A DNA stretch of 64,000 nt from contig JAYFMW010000005.1 in assembly GCA_042408215.1 (NCBI GenBank), positions 352,001-416,000 of the forward strand, given 5' to 3'. A program made the position numbers and the translations under genes. The notes beneath the pieces were generated by a model, which saw only the letters and a program-made list of their open reading frames with translations, ran no database searches and was not told where the DNA came from. Source of the stretch: Microcoleus sp. (GTDB taxonomy: Bacteria; Cyanobacteriota; Cyanobacteriia; Cyanobacteriales; Microcoleaceae). How positions within the stretch are numbered: the stretch's first letter is position 1; the number at the start of each line of letters is the position of its first letter. Below are positions 41,759-52,618 of the stretch, piece after piece.

Positions 41759-41904
41759 CAAGTGAATTCCTATCAAAAAATCTGTCAACTGGGTAACAAA
41801 TTGGGTAAAAACCCCCATCCAAAGTCGGGTGATTTTCCCCTTGTGGCGGCGGGTATGGCCAGGGAGGATAGAGATGTAGGATCAGCTTTGCTCGAAGGAA
41901 CGTT

Positions 41905-42294
41905 ATGGAATACCTCTACTACATCGCCAATACTAGCCTTACTTTGAGAGTCGTGGATTACCTACGCACGGCTCATCATCTTCCCTTGCAATTTATCACT
42001 GTTATTCACCAAATTGACGGCTGGGTGGTGAAGGTGAAAATGAGCCAATATTTAACTCCAGAAATGCACGGGGATTTTCGGGCGTTTATGAATGAACTCG
42101 GGATTCCTTACGATCCTGAAATTCGGTTGCAAATGGCACTTTGGAGTTTGGAAACGGGACAGTCGCCCCTGAGCGTGATGCGCCGTTACCAGGTTGCCGT
42201 GGTTTGTCACGGAAGTCCTGAGCGTAAAGAAATTGAAGCGTTTCGCCAGCAGTTTGTCAAGGGCCTGGGATATTGTCCAGAAACTCTGGCATAA
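41905..42294 (+). CDS. Conserved cyanobacterial hypothetical protein
   Basis: Clean ORF with AAGGA RBS; ends GLGYCPETLA. Confidence 0.7.
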   Translation: MEYLYYIANTSLTLRVVDYLRTAHHLPLQFITVIHQIDGWVVKVKMSQYLTPEMHGDFRAFMNELGIPYDPEIRLQMALWSLETGQSPLSVMRRYQVAVVCHGSPERKEIEAFRQQFVKGLGYCPETLA

Positions 42295-42412
42295 GTTTAT
42301 GGCCGGAGAAATTGCCTGTTATGGCGATCGGGGCTTCAGCACTTCCATAATTTCAAATCTCAAATTTAAAATCTCAAATCTCAAATTTAAAATCTCAAAT
42401 CTGATGAAATTT

Positions 42413-43000
42413 CTAGTTGCTGAAAGCCGATCGAATATATTGTTGCAAGGTGAGCAGGTAGCAGCCTGTAAGTGGGACTTGAGGGGTCACCATAGTTGAT
42501 GGTAATATTTTCTGAGTCTTTTTCCCAGAAGATTCACACCTGACGAGGGCGACATCAAACCGACAGGGATGATTTACTAAATCTGGATAAGCGCTTAAAA
42601 ATATCTCGGCTGTTTGCCAAAGTTTAGCTTGTTTGGCCGCACTAACAGCTAGCATTCCATCTGCATCCCAATTTCCCCGACGGCGAGTTTTGACCTCGAC
42701 AAATGCTAAAGTCGGGAATCGGGAATCGGGAATCGGGAATCGGGAATTTTCCTGAGTTTCCTTGTTTTCGATTTCTTCATCTCTTCCCAGTGCGATGATG
42801 TCAATCTCTCCCCATCGACAGTACCACTGCCGGTGCAGGATTTCCCAGCCTTGCTGCTGTAACCAATCGGCGACTAAGTTTTCACCTAAAGTGCCGATCG
42901 CGCGAGAGTTGGGAGATGGGGGGGGATTGGAGTCAGAATGGGGAGGATGTCGATCGCGCTTTCTGGTAAAATTCAATTCAGAACTGTCACGGCTTCCCAT
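42413..43000 (-). CDS. YraN family protein
   Basis: GENLV..WL, GEIDII, FVEVKTR and RFDV. Confidence 0.88.
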   Translation of the reverse strand: MGSRDSSELNFTRKRDRHPPHSDSNPPPSPNSRAIGTLGENLVADWLQQQGWEILHRQWYCRWGEIDIIALGRDEEIENKETQENSRFPIPDSRFPTLAFVEVKTRRRGNWDADGMLAVSAAKQAKLWQTAEIFLSAYPDLVNHPCRFDVALVRCESSGKKTQKILPSTMVTPQVPLTGCYLLTLQQYIRSAFSN

Positions 43001-43014
43001 TAGCTTTAATTGGT

Positions 43015-43530
43015 ATGATTTCTCGCATTCGCCAACATATTTATACTTTCTCGATCGCTCTGGCAATTATTTTAGCAGCATTTGCCGCTGGGGCGATCGG
43101 CATTAATCCCGAACCAGCTTTCGCCCTAGATCACGACAAAGAAATCCTAGTCGGCGCTGATTTTAGTGGACGAGCTCTGAATGACGACAGTTTTAATAAA
43201 GCCAATCTTCGCAACAGCAATTTTACCAATGCAGATTTGCGGGGCGTCAGCTTGTTTGGTGCCAATCTGGAAGAGGCAAATTTAGAAGGCGCTAATCTCA
43301 CCGGTGCTACTTTAGATTTGGCTCGCATGATGAAAGCAAATTTAACTAATGCTATCCTTGAGGGTGCTTTTGCTTACAATACCAGGCTGGAAGGAGCAAT
43401 CATTGACGGTGCTGATTTCACTGAGACACTGCTGCGAGATGATATGATCAAAAAACTTTGTCAGGTGGCAAAAGGTACTAATCCCGTGACGGGTAGAGAT
43501 ACTCGCGAAACTCTTTTTTGCGATTATTAA
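43015..43530 (+). CDS. Pentapeptide repeat protein
   Basis: ANL repeats; GADF, GTNPVTG..TRETLFC. Confidence 0.9.
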   Translation: MISRIRQHIYTFSIALAIILAAFAAGAIGINPEPAFALDHDKEILVGADFSGRALNDDSFNKANLRNSNFTNADLRGVSLFGANLEEANLEGANLTGATLDLARMMKANLTNAILEGAFAYNTRLEGAIIDGADFTETLLRDDMIKKLCQVAKGTNPVTGRDTRETLFCDY

Positions 43531-43806
43531 AAGGCTAATTAAACGGAACTTACCCCGCACGCGGGGTAAATTCCATGTAAACCCTCACTCCATCAGCAAT
43601 CATTTTGTCCACTGTCAGCACCATACATAGCGTGAGAGATTAAGATAAAGTGGTTTTTGTCAATCAGTTAAAATACTTAAAATATTCTCCATAAAAATGA
43701 TAATCGTAGATTGGAAGAGGGGAGGCTGCCAATGGCTATAACTTAAGTTTTTTGGGATACTCCCATTTGGTGTATAATATTTTAATAGTTTAGATAGGTG
43801 CTAGTA

Positions 43807-44745
43807 ATGGAAAAAATCTGCGGTGCTGCCGAAATTTCTCAGAAGGTTGAAAACTTTGGTATTGAATTAAAAAGCATATCTAAAGTTGACCATATACGCT
43901 CTTTTGCAAAGCTATTAACTTATTTTGCTTTGGTAGTTTCTCTGAGTGTTGGAATTGTTTTTATTCAGGAGTGGAAATTAATTATTATACTCCAATTACT
44001 GTTGGGAATTACATTTGCTCATGGCTTAGAATTGCAACATGAGTGTCTTCATCACAATTTTTTTCATTCAAAGAGATTAAACCGCTTTTTCGGTTTTTTG
44101 TTTGGTGTTCCAATGCTTGTTTCATATACCCATTACAGAGTCCAGCATCTACACCATCATAAATATTTAGGCACAGAAAAGAATGCTGAGATATTTGACT
44201 ATGATGAGTCTTCACTAGAAAGCTTCAATAAACTCTTCGTTAGAGCTTGGAACTTAGCAAGAGTACCAACTTTTTTCTCGACATTATTTAACTTAATGAA
44301 AGGTAAATACCCCGAAGTTTTTTCTACTGACAAGGCTAAAAAGGATGTTTTAATTGAATATCTTGTGCTAGTCACAATTTTTCTAACACTCTTTTCTATT
44401 AGCGTGTTTGACCTGTCCTTGATACCTCTCAAAATCTGGTTTATACCGTGGTTAGTTTTTGGCGAATTGTTTCATTTTCTTATAGAGTTACCGGAACATA
44501 TATATTGCAATAAGACGACAACAGATGTTTTCTTAAATACTCGTTCAGTTGAAACTCATCCAATCATTAGTTACATTACAAATGGCAATAACTATCATGT
44601 TGAACATCATCTCTATCCTAGTGTAGCGGTACATAATCTTGATAAAGTTCATCATCCCATTCGTCATAAGATTGAATACTTGAGTGTGTCGTACTTCGAT
44701 TTATTTGTGGAAATATTTCAAAAAGCTACGAGTAATCGTTCCTAG
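43807..44745 (+). CDS. Membrane fatty acid desaturase-family diiron enzyme
   Basis: His boxes HECLH, HLHHH and HVEHH; AT-rich. Confidence 0.85.
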   Translation: MEKICGAAEISQKVENFGIELKSISKVDHIRSFAKLLTYFALVVSLSVGIVFIQEWKLIIILQLLLGITFAHGLELQHECLHHNFFHSKRLNRFFGFLFGVPMLVSYTHYRVQHLHHHKYLGTEKNAEIFDYDESSLESFNKLFVRAWNLARVPTFFSTLFNLMKGKYPEVFSTDKAKKDVLIEYLVLVTIFLTLFSISVFDLSLIPLKIWFIPWLVFGELFHFLIELPEHIYCNKTTTDVFLNTRSVETHPIISYITNGNNYHVEHHLYPSVAVHNLDKVHHPIRHKIEYLSVSYFDLFVEIFQKATSNRS

Positions 44746-44952
44746 TTCGTGGATAATTTGACTTTGTTGGCGAATTCATGTAAACCGCAATTTCTGGTGT
44801 GATCGGCTATGATCTTTCAAGGGGTTGAGCATAGCGATTGCCCGAAGGGCAGACGCCAGAGGTATATCGCAATTCGCCAACAGAATCATAATTTACGCGA
44901 CGAAGGTAATCTTTTTTGTCCAAAGTCCAAATGCTAAAGGAGATTGTGTAAA

Positions 44953-45597
44953 GTGCCTGAGTTTTTGCCGATTGTATTCCTTAACGGGTTTACCTTGTTT
45001 GCTGGACTAATAGTCGCCATCGGTGCTCAAAACGCCTACGTTTTGCGTCAAGGTCTCAAACGCGAACACGTTTTCGCGACTGCAAGCGTCTGCTTCCTAT
45101 GTGACGCCACTCTAATTATTATCGGTACTATAGGGTTCGGTACACTAAGCTCGAATATTCCAGAACTAACTAATATAGCTCTATGGGCTGGCGTGGTGTT
45201 TCTTTTATTTTATGGCTTATATTCATTTAAATCTGCTTTTGCACCAGCAGCGATAGATATAAATGAACTAGATATTCAACCAACAAGTCTTTGGAGCAAT
45301 GTTCTGACGACGCTGGCACTCAGCCTCCTAAACCCACACGTCTATCTTGACACTGTGGTACTGGTTGGTGGTTTGGCAGCTCAATACACGGTGAGTGAAC
45401 GCATTTTTTTCGCACTTGGCGCAATTCTTGCTTCCTTTATCTGGTTTTTTGCACTTGCATATGGCGCTGTTTGGCTAACGCCATTTTTCCAACGTCCATC
45501 TGCGTGGCGAATTCTTGACATTATTATTGGCTGTATTATGTGGTTTATAGCTGCATTACTAATTTTTCCTACGCTTAACTTTTATCAATTTGCTTAG
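44953..45597 (+). CDS. LysE/ArgO family amino acid exporter
   Basis: IGAQNAYVLRQG and LLNPHVYLDT. Confidence 0.9.
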   Translation: MPEFLPIVFLNGFTLFAGLIVAIGAQNAYVLRQGLKREHVFATASVCFLCDATLIIIGTIGFGTLSSNIPELTNIALWAGVVFLLFYGLYSFKSAFAPAAIDINELDIQPTSLWSNVLTTLALSLLNPHVYLDTVVLVGGLAAQYTVSERIFFALGAILASFIWFFALAYGAVWLTPFFQRPSAWRILDIIIGCIMWFIAALLIFPTLNFYQFA

Positions 45598-45599
45598 GA

Positions 45600-45837
45600 G
45601 ATTTTTCTCTATCTCCCTTGTTCCGAAGGAAATAGCATAGTACATACGAAGCTTTTGCATGATTGTCGTCCCAACCGAAACAAGCTCATGAAAAGATATC
45701 TCCAGGAAATACCAGAATTGGAGTATATTCTGTTAGCAATAGATCGTACAGCATGGGAATTAAAGGATGCCAAAACGATGAAAGATAGGGGCTATCAACA
45801 TAGCGCAGCATCAAAAAATTCAGCAGTATTTAGATGA
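45600..45837 (+). pseudogene. Transposase fragment (DDE type; IS701-like by recollection)
   Basis: RPNRNKLM...ILLAIDRTAW...AKTMKDRGYQH; truncated. Confidence 0.5.
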
Positions 45838-45955
45838 ACCGGGAGTATTGATCGATTTTTAGCGATCGTCGATAAATTAGTCAGTAACGTCCTAAAAGTT
45901 TGACCTTACTACCAACCTGATTTTGGTTCGTAGTAAGGACTTTAATCCTGAAATT

Positions 45956-48013
45956 CTACAAATTCCCACCCCAAGGTACAGCCGTTAAATCGTAAAAATT
46001 CACTTGACGCAGCCGCTCTAATTCCTCGATCCATTCTTGTTCGGCGCGGAATTGTTGGTGATATTCTTCAGCCTGTTCGCGACTGCTAGCGGTATTGGTT
46101 TTTTGCCACATATTGAGAGCGAGCCGACGGCGTTTCATGCTGAGAATTTGCTCGATACAAGCTACGGCCGATCGAATTGCTAAAGGTGGGCGGCAAACCT
46201 GTTTCTCGGCAAACTCGTTTAAGTGAAATAAATGAGAGATTTGATTAAGTTGATTGGGATATTCTATAAAGCTATCTTGCAACTTTAATATTAACTCAGA
46301 CGGTGCTATTTGTAAAGACATTTTGTGCACAAATTCTGCATTCAAAATTTGATGCCACAAAAATCTGTGGTGAGAAAGGCTGAACTGCACCTCTCGCGCT
46401 TCTATAGCTTCTCTGACATCTTGGCGGTGTTCGGGACAGTGCAAATAAATCTGCAATAATTGCGCTTCTGCTTCTTCTAAAAGAGTGCGGGCTACAGCGG
46501 CAAAAGTTGACTTTGAGGGATTGCTTTTGCTACTTGTAGTCTGCTTACTGTATTGTTTGTTTGGCTTCAGTTTCTTTCTAATTAACAGCGGCATTGTCAA
46601 AGATTCATCTTGAATCAGCCTCTTACCCCAATCGCTAACTACTTGATTTAGCAAGTTTTCCGCTAGCATTTTAGTTAGCCGAAAATCTCCTTTGCTGATG
46701 ATTTCGGCGCATTTTTGCAAATAATGTGCTAGTTGATTGTCGTCTGTGATCTTGGTTAATAACTTAAGGATTTTTTTAGTAATTTGCTGGTAAGTATCTG
46801 CTTGTTTTAAATCTTGATTGAGCAGCATTTGTTGAAGTTGCCAGTCGATCCACAAGGGAGCATTTTTGATCAATTCTCGATATTGTTCAGGAGAATATTT
46901 TTTGAGGAATTCATCGGCATCTTTGCCATCGGGAATGTTGAGAACTCGCAGTTGTACTTCGCCTTGATAAGCGAGTTTTTCGATTTCTCCGATCGCCCTT
47001 TCTGCTGCTTGAGTGCCTGCTTTGTCGGTGTCGAAATTGAGGATGATTTGTTTGGATTCAGTATAGCGCAGCAACTGCCGCACTTGGTCTAAACTTAAGG
47101 CTGTGCCGAGGGAAGCGACGGCGTTGGGAATGCCGGCGGCGTGAAGTGCGATCGCGTCAAAATATCCCTCGACTACAACGGCTCGATCTTCTTTACTAAT
47201 GGCAGTTTTGGCTTTATCTAAACCAAATAAAGTTTTGCCTTTATCGAACAGTTCTGTTTCGGGAGAATTGAGATATTTCGGTTGTTCGTCACCGAGAGCT
47301 CTGCCGCCAAAACCGATGACTCTTCCTTGGGTATCGCAAATCGGAATTATAATCCGATTGCGGAAGCGATCGTAATAGCCACTTCCTCCCGATTTTCGGG
47401 GTACAATTAATCCTGCTGCTTCTACTAACTGAGCTGGATAGTGTTTTTGTTCTACCAAATAACTGTAAAGTGTTTCCCAGCCTTGGGGTGCATAACCTAA
47501 CTGAAATTTTTGGATGGTTTCTTCGCTCAGTTGGCGATCGGATTTGAGATATGCTAAAGCAACCCCCCCTGTCCCCCCCTTGTCAAGGGGGGGATTGAGG
47601 GGGGGTTGTCTCAAAGCGTGTTCGTAAAACTTGGCGGTGAGGGCGGAAATTTCATAAAGTTGTTCTCGCAGAGAAATCTGGCGCTCTAACTCTTGTCGGT
47701 GTTCTGGTTCAACAGTTTTGATGGGTACTTGATAATTTTTAGCTAAGTCTAATACCACCTCGCTGAAAGGGCGTTTATCCAATTCCATCAGAAATTTAAA
47801 AGCATTCCCGCCAGCACCACAGCCGAAACAATAGTACATTTGTTTGGCTGGACTAACGGTAAAGCTGGGAGATTTTTCGTCGTGAAATGGACACAAACCT
47901 ACGAATTCTTTTCCCCGCTTCCGCAAGACGACGCGACCAGAAATGACATCTACTATGTCGGCTCTTTGTTTGACTTCTTCAATGGTTTCGGGATGCAGCC
48001 GTGGAAATTGCAT
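45956..48013 (-). CDS. dnaG: DNA primase
   Basis: CPFH..K.PSF, CFGC, KYLNSPET, VEGYFD and KDADE. Confidence 0.97.
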   Translation of the reverse strand: MQFPRLHPETIEEVKQRADIVDVISGRVVLRKRGKEFVGLCPFHDEKSPSFTVSPAKQMYYCFGCGAGGNAFKFLMELDKRPFSEVVLDLAKNYQVPIKTVEPEHRQELERQISLREQLYEISALTAKFYEHALRQPPLNPPLDKGGTGGVALAYLKSDRQLSEETIQKFQLGYAPQGWETLYSYLVEQKHYPAQLVEAAGLIVPRKSGGSGYYDRFRNRIIIPICDTQGRVIGFGGRALGDEQPKYLNSPETELFDKGKTLFGLDKAKTAISKEDRAVVVEGYFDAIALHAAGIPNAVASLGTALSLDQVRQLLRYTESKQIILNFDTDKAGTQAAERAIGEIEKLAYQGEVQLRVLNIPDGKDADEFLKKYSPEQYRELIKNAPLWIDWQLQQMLLNQDLKQADTYQQITKKILKLLTKITDDNQLAHYLQKCAEIISKGDFRLTKMLAENLLNQVVSDWGKRLIQDESLTMPLLIRKKLKPNKQYSKQTTSSKSNPSKSTFAAVARTLLEEAEAQLLQIYLHCPEHRQDVREAIEAREVQFSLSHHRFLWHQILNAEFVHKMSLQIAPSELILKLQDSFIEYPNQLNQISHLFHLNEFAEKQVCRPPLAIRSAVACIEQILSMKRRRLALNMWQKTNTASSREQAEEYHQQFRAEQEWIEELERLRQVNFYDLTAVPWGGNL

Positions 48014-48038
48014 AGAGCTATTTAAGGGAAATTGAAAC

Positions 48039-48161
48039 TATAGCCTTTCTCAGTAACAGTGCGGTGCACGCTTGATATAGGGCCTAGGGCCTAGGGCCTA
48101 GGGCCTAGGGCCTAGGGCCTAGGGCCTAGGGCATACCTCACCAAGATTGAGAACTGCTATA
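48039..48161. mobile_element. MITE copy 2, with about seven GGGCCTA heptamers
   Basis: TATAGCCTTTCTC ... CATACCTCAC ... GAGAACTGCTATA. Confidence 0.7.
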
Positions 48162-48243
48162 TGTTTATTTTGACCGACGGTAACAGAGCGTAGTCGAAGT
48201 TGAGCGTAGTCGAATTATCGCACAATTTGATCGTCTTGGAGGC

Positions 48244-48309
48244 AGAAACCGGGTTTTTTACGAAAATACTGGATTTGAGCCTTTGATACTGGTAAAAAAC
48301 CCGGTTTCT
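48244..48309. repeat. AGAAACCGGGTTTTT inverted-repeat element
   Basis: AGAAACCGGGTTTTTTAC / GTAAAAAACCCGGTTTCT. Confidence 0.75.
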
Positions 48310-48400
48310 CTGGTATTTATGCGTAACTGCTATTTGAGTAAAGCTAGGGCATAACTTTATTGTAAGATATTTACACTAACTGTAAGGAGCATCGAAATTA

Positions 48401-49342
48401 ATGCGAATTTTAATGATGGGCGGGACTCGGTTTATCGGGGTTTATCTAACTAAGATTTTAGCAGCTCAAGGGCATGAAGTGGTACTATTCAACCGTGGCA
48501 ATAAGCCGGTACCGGTTTCAGGCGTGAAACAAATTCAGGGCGATCGCACAAATGCTGACCAACTTAAGGACAAGTTATCGGCAGAGGACTTTGATGCCGT
48601 TTTTGACAACAACGGCCGCGAGCTGGGCGATACAAAGCCTTTAGCTGAAATATTTAAAGGCAGGGTGCAGCACTTTGTTTACATGAGCTCTGCGGGGGTT
48701 TATTTGAAGTCGGATCAAATGCCTCATATTGAAGGGGATGCTACCGATCCGAAAAGCCGCCATTTGGGCAAATGTGAAACTGAAACTTATTTAGCCGAGT
48801 CCGGTTTGCCTTGGACTTCTATTCGCCCAACTTACATTTATGGGCCACAAAATTATAACGATTTGGAGGCTTGGTTTTTCGATCGCATTGTGCGCGATCG
48901 ACCAATTCCGATTCCCGGTAACGGAATGCACTTCACGCAGTTAGGGCACTGTCAGGATTTAGCTAGTGCTATGGCGGCGGTTTTGGGCAATCAAAGGGCG
49001 ATCGGGCAAATTTACAACGTTTCGGGCGATCGATTTGTCACCTTTGACGGTTTAGCTCGTGCCTGCATTCAAGCGATCGGCAAATCACCAGACTCTATTA
49101 AGATTGTACATTACGATCCGAAACAATTTGACTTCGGCAAAAAGAAAGCCTTTCCGATGCGATTGCAGCATTTCTTTGCCTCAGTAAATAAAGCTGTTAC
49201 CGAACTTGACTGGCGGCCGGAATTTGACCTAGTTTCCGGTTTGAAAGATTCATTTCAGAATGATTATCTGGTTTCGGGAAGGGACAAAGCCGAGATCGAT
49301 TTTTCCGTAGATGAACAGATTTTGAAAGCCGTTCAAAGTTAA
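48401..49342 (+). CDS. NAD-dependent epimerase/dehydratase family (CSP41-like)
   Basis: GGTRFIG, SSAGVY and RPTYIYG. Confidence 0.9.
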   Translation: MRILMMGGTRFIGVYLTKILAAQGHEVVLFNRGNKPVPVSGVKQIQGDRTNADQLKDKLSAEDFDAVFDNNGRELGDTKPLAEIFKGRVQHFVYMSSAGVYLKSDQMPHIEGDATDPKSRHLGKCETETYLAESGLPWTSIRPTYIYGPQNYNDLEAWFFDRIVRDRPIPIPGNGMHFTQLGHCQDLASAMAAVLGNQRAIGQIYNVSGDRFVTFDGLARACIQAIGKSPDSIKIVHYDPKQFDFGKKKAFPMRLQHFFASVNKAVTELDWRPEFDLVSGLKDSFQNDYLVSGRDKAEIDFSVDEQILKAVQS

Positions 49343-49446
49343 GTTAAAGTAAGGTGCGCCCCTAAGCACCCTACCAGTTTTACATTGGTACTGGGATGAT
49401 CCTGGGAAAGGTCGGAAATGATGCGGAATTGACCTAAAAACTCATG

Positions 49447-50589
49447 CTAATTGCGGACAATCGGCAGAGTCAGATTTACCGTTGTTTCCTTTTGATAGAT
49501 ACTGGTAATTGAGAACTCTCCTCCCGCCAGTTCGACAATTTTCTTGACATTTTTTAAGGCCATACCGAGGCCCTGTTGCTCATAGGTTTTGCGCTCAAAC
49601 TGCATGAATGCACCGATTTTCTTAATTTGCTCTTCTGTCATGCCCCGCCCAGAGTCATGTACAGATAAATTCAGCATCTCCCCCAGGACTTGACTACTAA
49701 CTTTAATGGTTGTCTCTGGTAAGGAAAATTTCAGCGCATTATCAACTAATTCATAAATAATCATTGATAAATATCGCTCTGATAGAGCGATATCCGCTTC
49801 CTCAAGTGCCAAGATTAGATCGTTTTTACGGTTGACGCTCTCAGCATGGGATTTTAACGCGGCTTCAATAGCAGAAGCTGAAAATTTAGTCCGGGCAAAT
49901 TCGAGCTTCTGCTGCCGACTTGCGAATATTTCTAGTTCTAAATAAATCAGGAATTTTTTCGTTAATTTTTCTAAGCGACGGGCAGATAAATCGGCAATGC
50001 TTAACATCTCACGGATTTCGGCGAGATCCATGTCTTCGATATCGTCCTTGAGCAACCCGATCGTGCCTAAGATGCCATTGAGGGGCGTATTCAGTTCGTG
50101 GGATAGACTAGAAGCTAAGTTTCCACGCAGTTCATTGAGGGTGTGTTCCAAGATGTTGATGGTATTTTCTTGGAGGTGGGATAAGCTCTGGATATTGTCA
50201 TACTGTTGCTTGATTCTGAGCATTGAATGCACGCGAGCACGCAGTTCAATCCCATTGACTGGTTTACTAATGAAGTCGTCGGCTCCGGTGGTTAGACAAT
50301 GGGCTAGGTCGGATTTTGAGCTTAATGCTGTCACCATAATGATGGGAACGGCTTGCCATTTTGACAGGGCTTTGATTTGCCGACAAACTTCGATGCCGTC
50401 TATTCCTGGCATCATCACATCGAGTAGAATTAGATCGGGATTGAAGGTGTCTAGCATAGCGATCGCCTCTTGACCCCTGGCTGCATAATGCAACTCATAG
50501 TCTCGCTCTGATAACAGGGTTTCAATTACATCAAAGTTATCAGGTTCATCATCAATGATTAAGATGGAGAATTGAGACATAGTTGTCAC
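49447..50589 (-). CDS. Hybrid response regulator-histidine kinase
   Basis: Receiver domain, SHELNTPL, DNALKF and DSGRG. Confidence 0.9.
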   Translation of the reverse strand: MTTMSQFSILIIDDEPDNFDVIETLLSERDYELHYAARGQEAIAMLDTFNPDLILLDVMMPGIDGIEVCRQIKALSKWQAVPIIMVTALSSKSDLAHCLTTGADDFISKPVNGIELRARVHSMLRIKQQYDNIQSLSHLQENTINILEHTLNELRGNLASSLSHELNTPLNGILGTIGLLKDDIEDMDLAEIREMLSIADLSARRLEKLTKKFLIYLELEIFASRQQKLEFARTKFSASAIEAALKSHAESVNRKNDLILALEEADIALSERYLSMIIYELVDNALKFSLPETTIKVSSQVLGEMLNLSVHDSGRGMTEEQIKKIGAFMQFERKTYEQQGLGMALKNVKKIVELAGGEFSITSIYQKETTVNLTLPIVRN

Positions 50590-51149
50590 CTGTTCAATGT
50601 ATAAAGTTTTATTGGTTTACGTGATAGTTGTCAGATCGGCGGCCAAAGTGATTTCAAAAATTGCTCCTTGCGGTTGGTTGTTTCTGACACAAATTTTGCC
50701 CCCATGTGCCTCAACGACCATTTTGCAGAAAGCTAAACCCAACCCTATTTGAGATATCTCCGGCATCAGATTTCCGATCTCGTATTTCTCAAAAATCTTG
50801 TGCCTCAATGTATCAGGAACACCAGGCCCAGAGTCGATGACCTGGATTTTGGCATCGCCAGATGTGAGAAATTCTACATTCATTATGATTTGACTATTGG
50901 CTGGGGAAAACTTAATTGCATTCGAGAGGAGGTTATCCAGCGTTCGATGTATCATGGTGGCATCAACAGAGACTTTCCTACTGGGTGTTTCTGGTAATTG
51001 AGTGACCAGCAACTGATTTTTTTGAGCGGCGATCGCTTCAAAGTTTGATCGGGCAGATTGTATGAGATCGCAGAGATCAACTTCTGTGCAATTGAGACGA
51101 ATTTTACCGGATTCGAGTAAAGCAATTTGCAATAAATCGTCAATTAATA

Positions 51150-52470
51150 GTTACAGGTTTTCTAGGCAAATATTACACTTGCATTTCCCAACCATTTTGT
51201 AAGGTGTGACCCGAACCGGACGTACTACTACGCCCTGTATTCCCTCAGCAAAAGCGTTGGGAAATGCTTTTGTGATAATATTAGCACTGCCATTCACATC
51301 CGCATTGATAAGTCTGCCATCACCAGCACGAAACAAACCTCGCTTAATTCGTTTACCTTTGTACTCTGAATGCTTGACACAAGGTTCATTATCTAAAAAA
51401 GAACACTTTGAAGTGTAACTTTCTTCAATAACCTTCACAACGATTCCTGCTAACTGCGCTTTATAAGTTAGCATTTCAATAAACCTTGCATGAGGTATTG
51501 CTACGAAGTTCTGATTATTCCGCTTGCCGAGATTTATTCCCTGTTTCCAGTTATCGTTTTTACCAATCACCAGTGTCCCGATGCGGTTAGCTGCCAGATG
51601 ATTGATGATGAATCGACTTGCATTATGCAGGTAATTATCTACTTTTACATTACGCTTGTGAGTTAATTGTTCAATTTTGATTGATGTCTTTTTCTCCCCT
51701 TTCAAGTATGACTGCAACAGTGCCTTCTTTTTGTGATAGTAGGCATTGATTGATTTGAGCGGTTTGCCATTTATTATCAGCGGCAAAAACCATTTTTGAT
51801 TGGATGTAATTGTCGCTAAATTATTCAGACCAATATCAATCCCCGCTATCCCTTCAACACCTGATGATGATTGAGTTACAGACTTGGGTTCATAAACTAC
51901 CTCCATCGAGTAATGGTAAGTTTTTGGAACGATTCTGACTTGATTTACGACCCTAACTTTAGTGGTCAGAAATATGTCGGTCAAAGAAAGATTAATGATT
52001 CCTTTCTTGAGCCATGCTTTACTGATGGCTTGAGCGGTGTAAGTCAGGACATTTCTGCCTAATGTTTTGTGTTTGTATCTGGGTATTTTGGGTCTGGTTT
52101 TGAATTTATCTGGATGGATGTTATATTCCTTGGTAGCTGCAAAAAATGATTGCCAGCTTTCATGTAATCTCAATAATACTTGCTGAGATACTTTGGCTGG
52201 TAATGCTAGATAGTCAGTCGTTCCCTGACAGAGTTTCTGTATTTTGTAATAATCGAGGTATTCTCCCGAACTGATAAATTTTTGTCGGATCAGGTAGTTA
52301 GCGTAGTTGAAAAGATTCTTAGAAAGAAAGCACAAATTATCTAGCTGCTTGTATAGCCAGTGGTTTCGATCGATCATGTGCTTTTCAACTAGCTGCATTG
52401 TTTTGCCGTCATTTTTTACTATACTATACTATACATGGCTATTAATGGCTATAAAGTCAATGAAGTTTTA
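51150..52470 (-). mobile_element. TnpB-only element flanked by TATTA direct repeats
   Basis: Removing it with one TATTA restores the host reading frame. Confidence 0.85.
51151..52398 (-). CDS. tnpB: TnpB RNA-guided endonuclease
   Basis: GIDIGLNN, LVIGKN, EESYTSKCS and NADVNG. Confidence 0.93.
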   Translation of the reverse strand: MQLVEKHMIDRNHWLYKQLDNLCFLSKNLFNYANYLIRQKFISSGEYLDYYKIQKLCQGTTDYLALPAKVSQQVLLRLHESWQSFFAATKEYNIHPDKFKTRPKIPRYKHKTLGRNVLTYTAQAISKAWLKKGIINLSLTDIFLTTKVRVVNQVRIVPKTYHYSMEVVYEPKSVTQSSSGVEGIAGIDIGLNNLATITSNQKWFLPLIINGKPLKSINAYYHKKKALLQSYLKGEKKTSIKIEQLTHKRNVKVDNYLHNASRFIINHLAANRIGTLVIGKNDNWKQGINLGKRNNQNFVAIPHARFIEMLTYKAQLAGIVVKVIEESYTSKCSFLDNEPCVKHSEYKGKRIKRGLFRAGDGRLINADVNGSANIITKAFPNAFAEGIQGVVVRPVRVTPYKMVGKCKCNICLENL

Positions 52471-52618
52471 TAATACCTGTATTGCTTGTGCTGACGAGTA
52501 AATTTGAGTCAGTTTGCTGTTTTGTTTTTCTCTGGGATACTCTACGCTGGTTAGGAGTTCCAAGCCCAGCAAGACACCAGCCAGGGGGATTGCGTAAATC
52601 GTGGACTACCATGTTGAC

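Noticed and set aside
42713..42746. Functional motif in YraN ([11 protein letters not shown])
   Set aside because: Translation of a GGGAATC heptamer repeat
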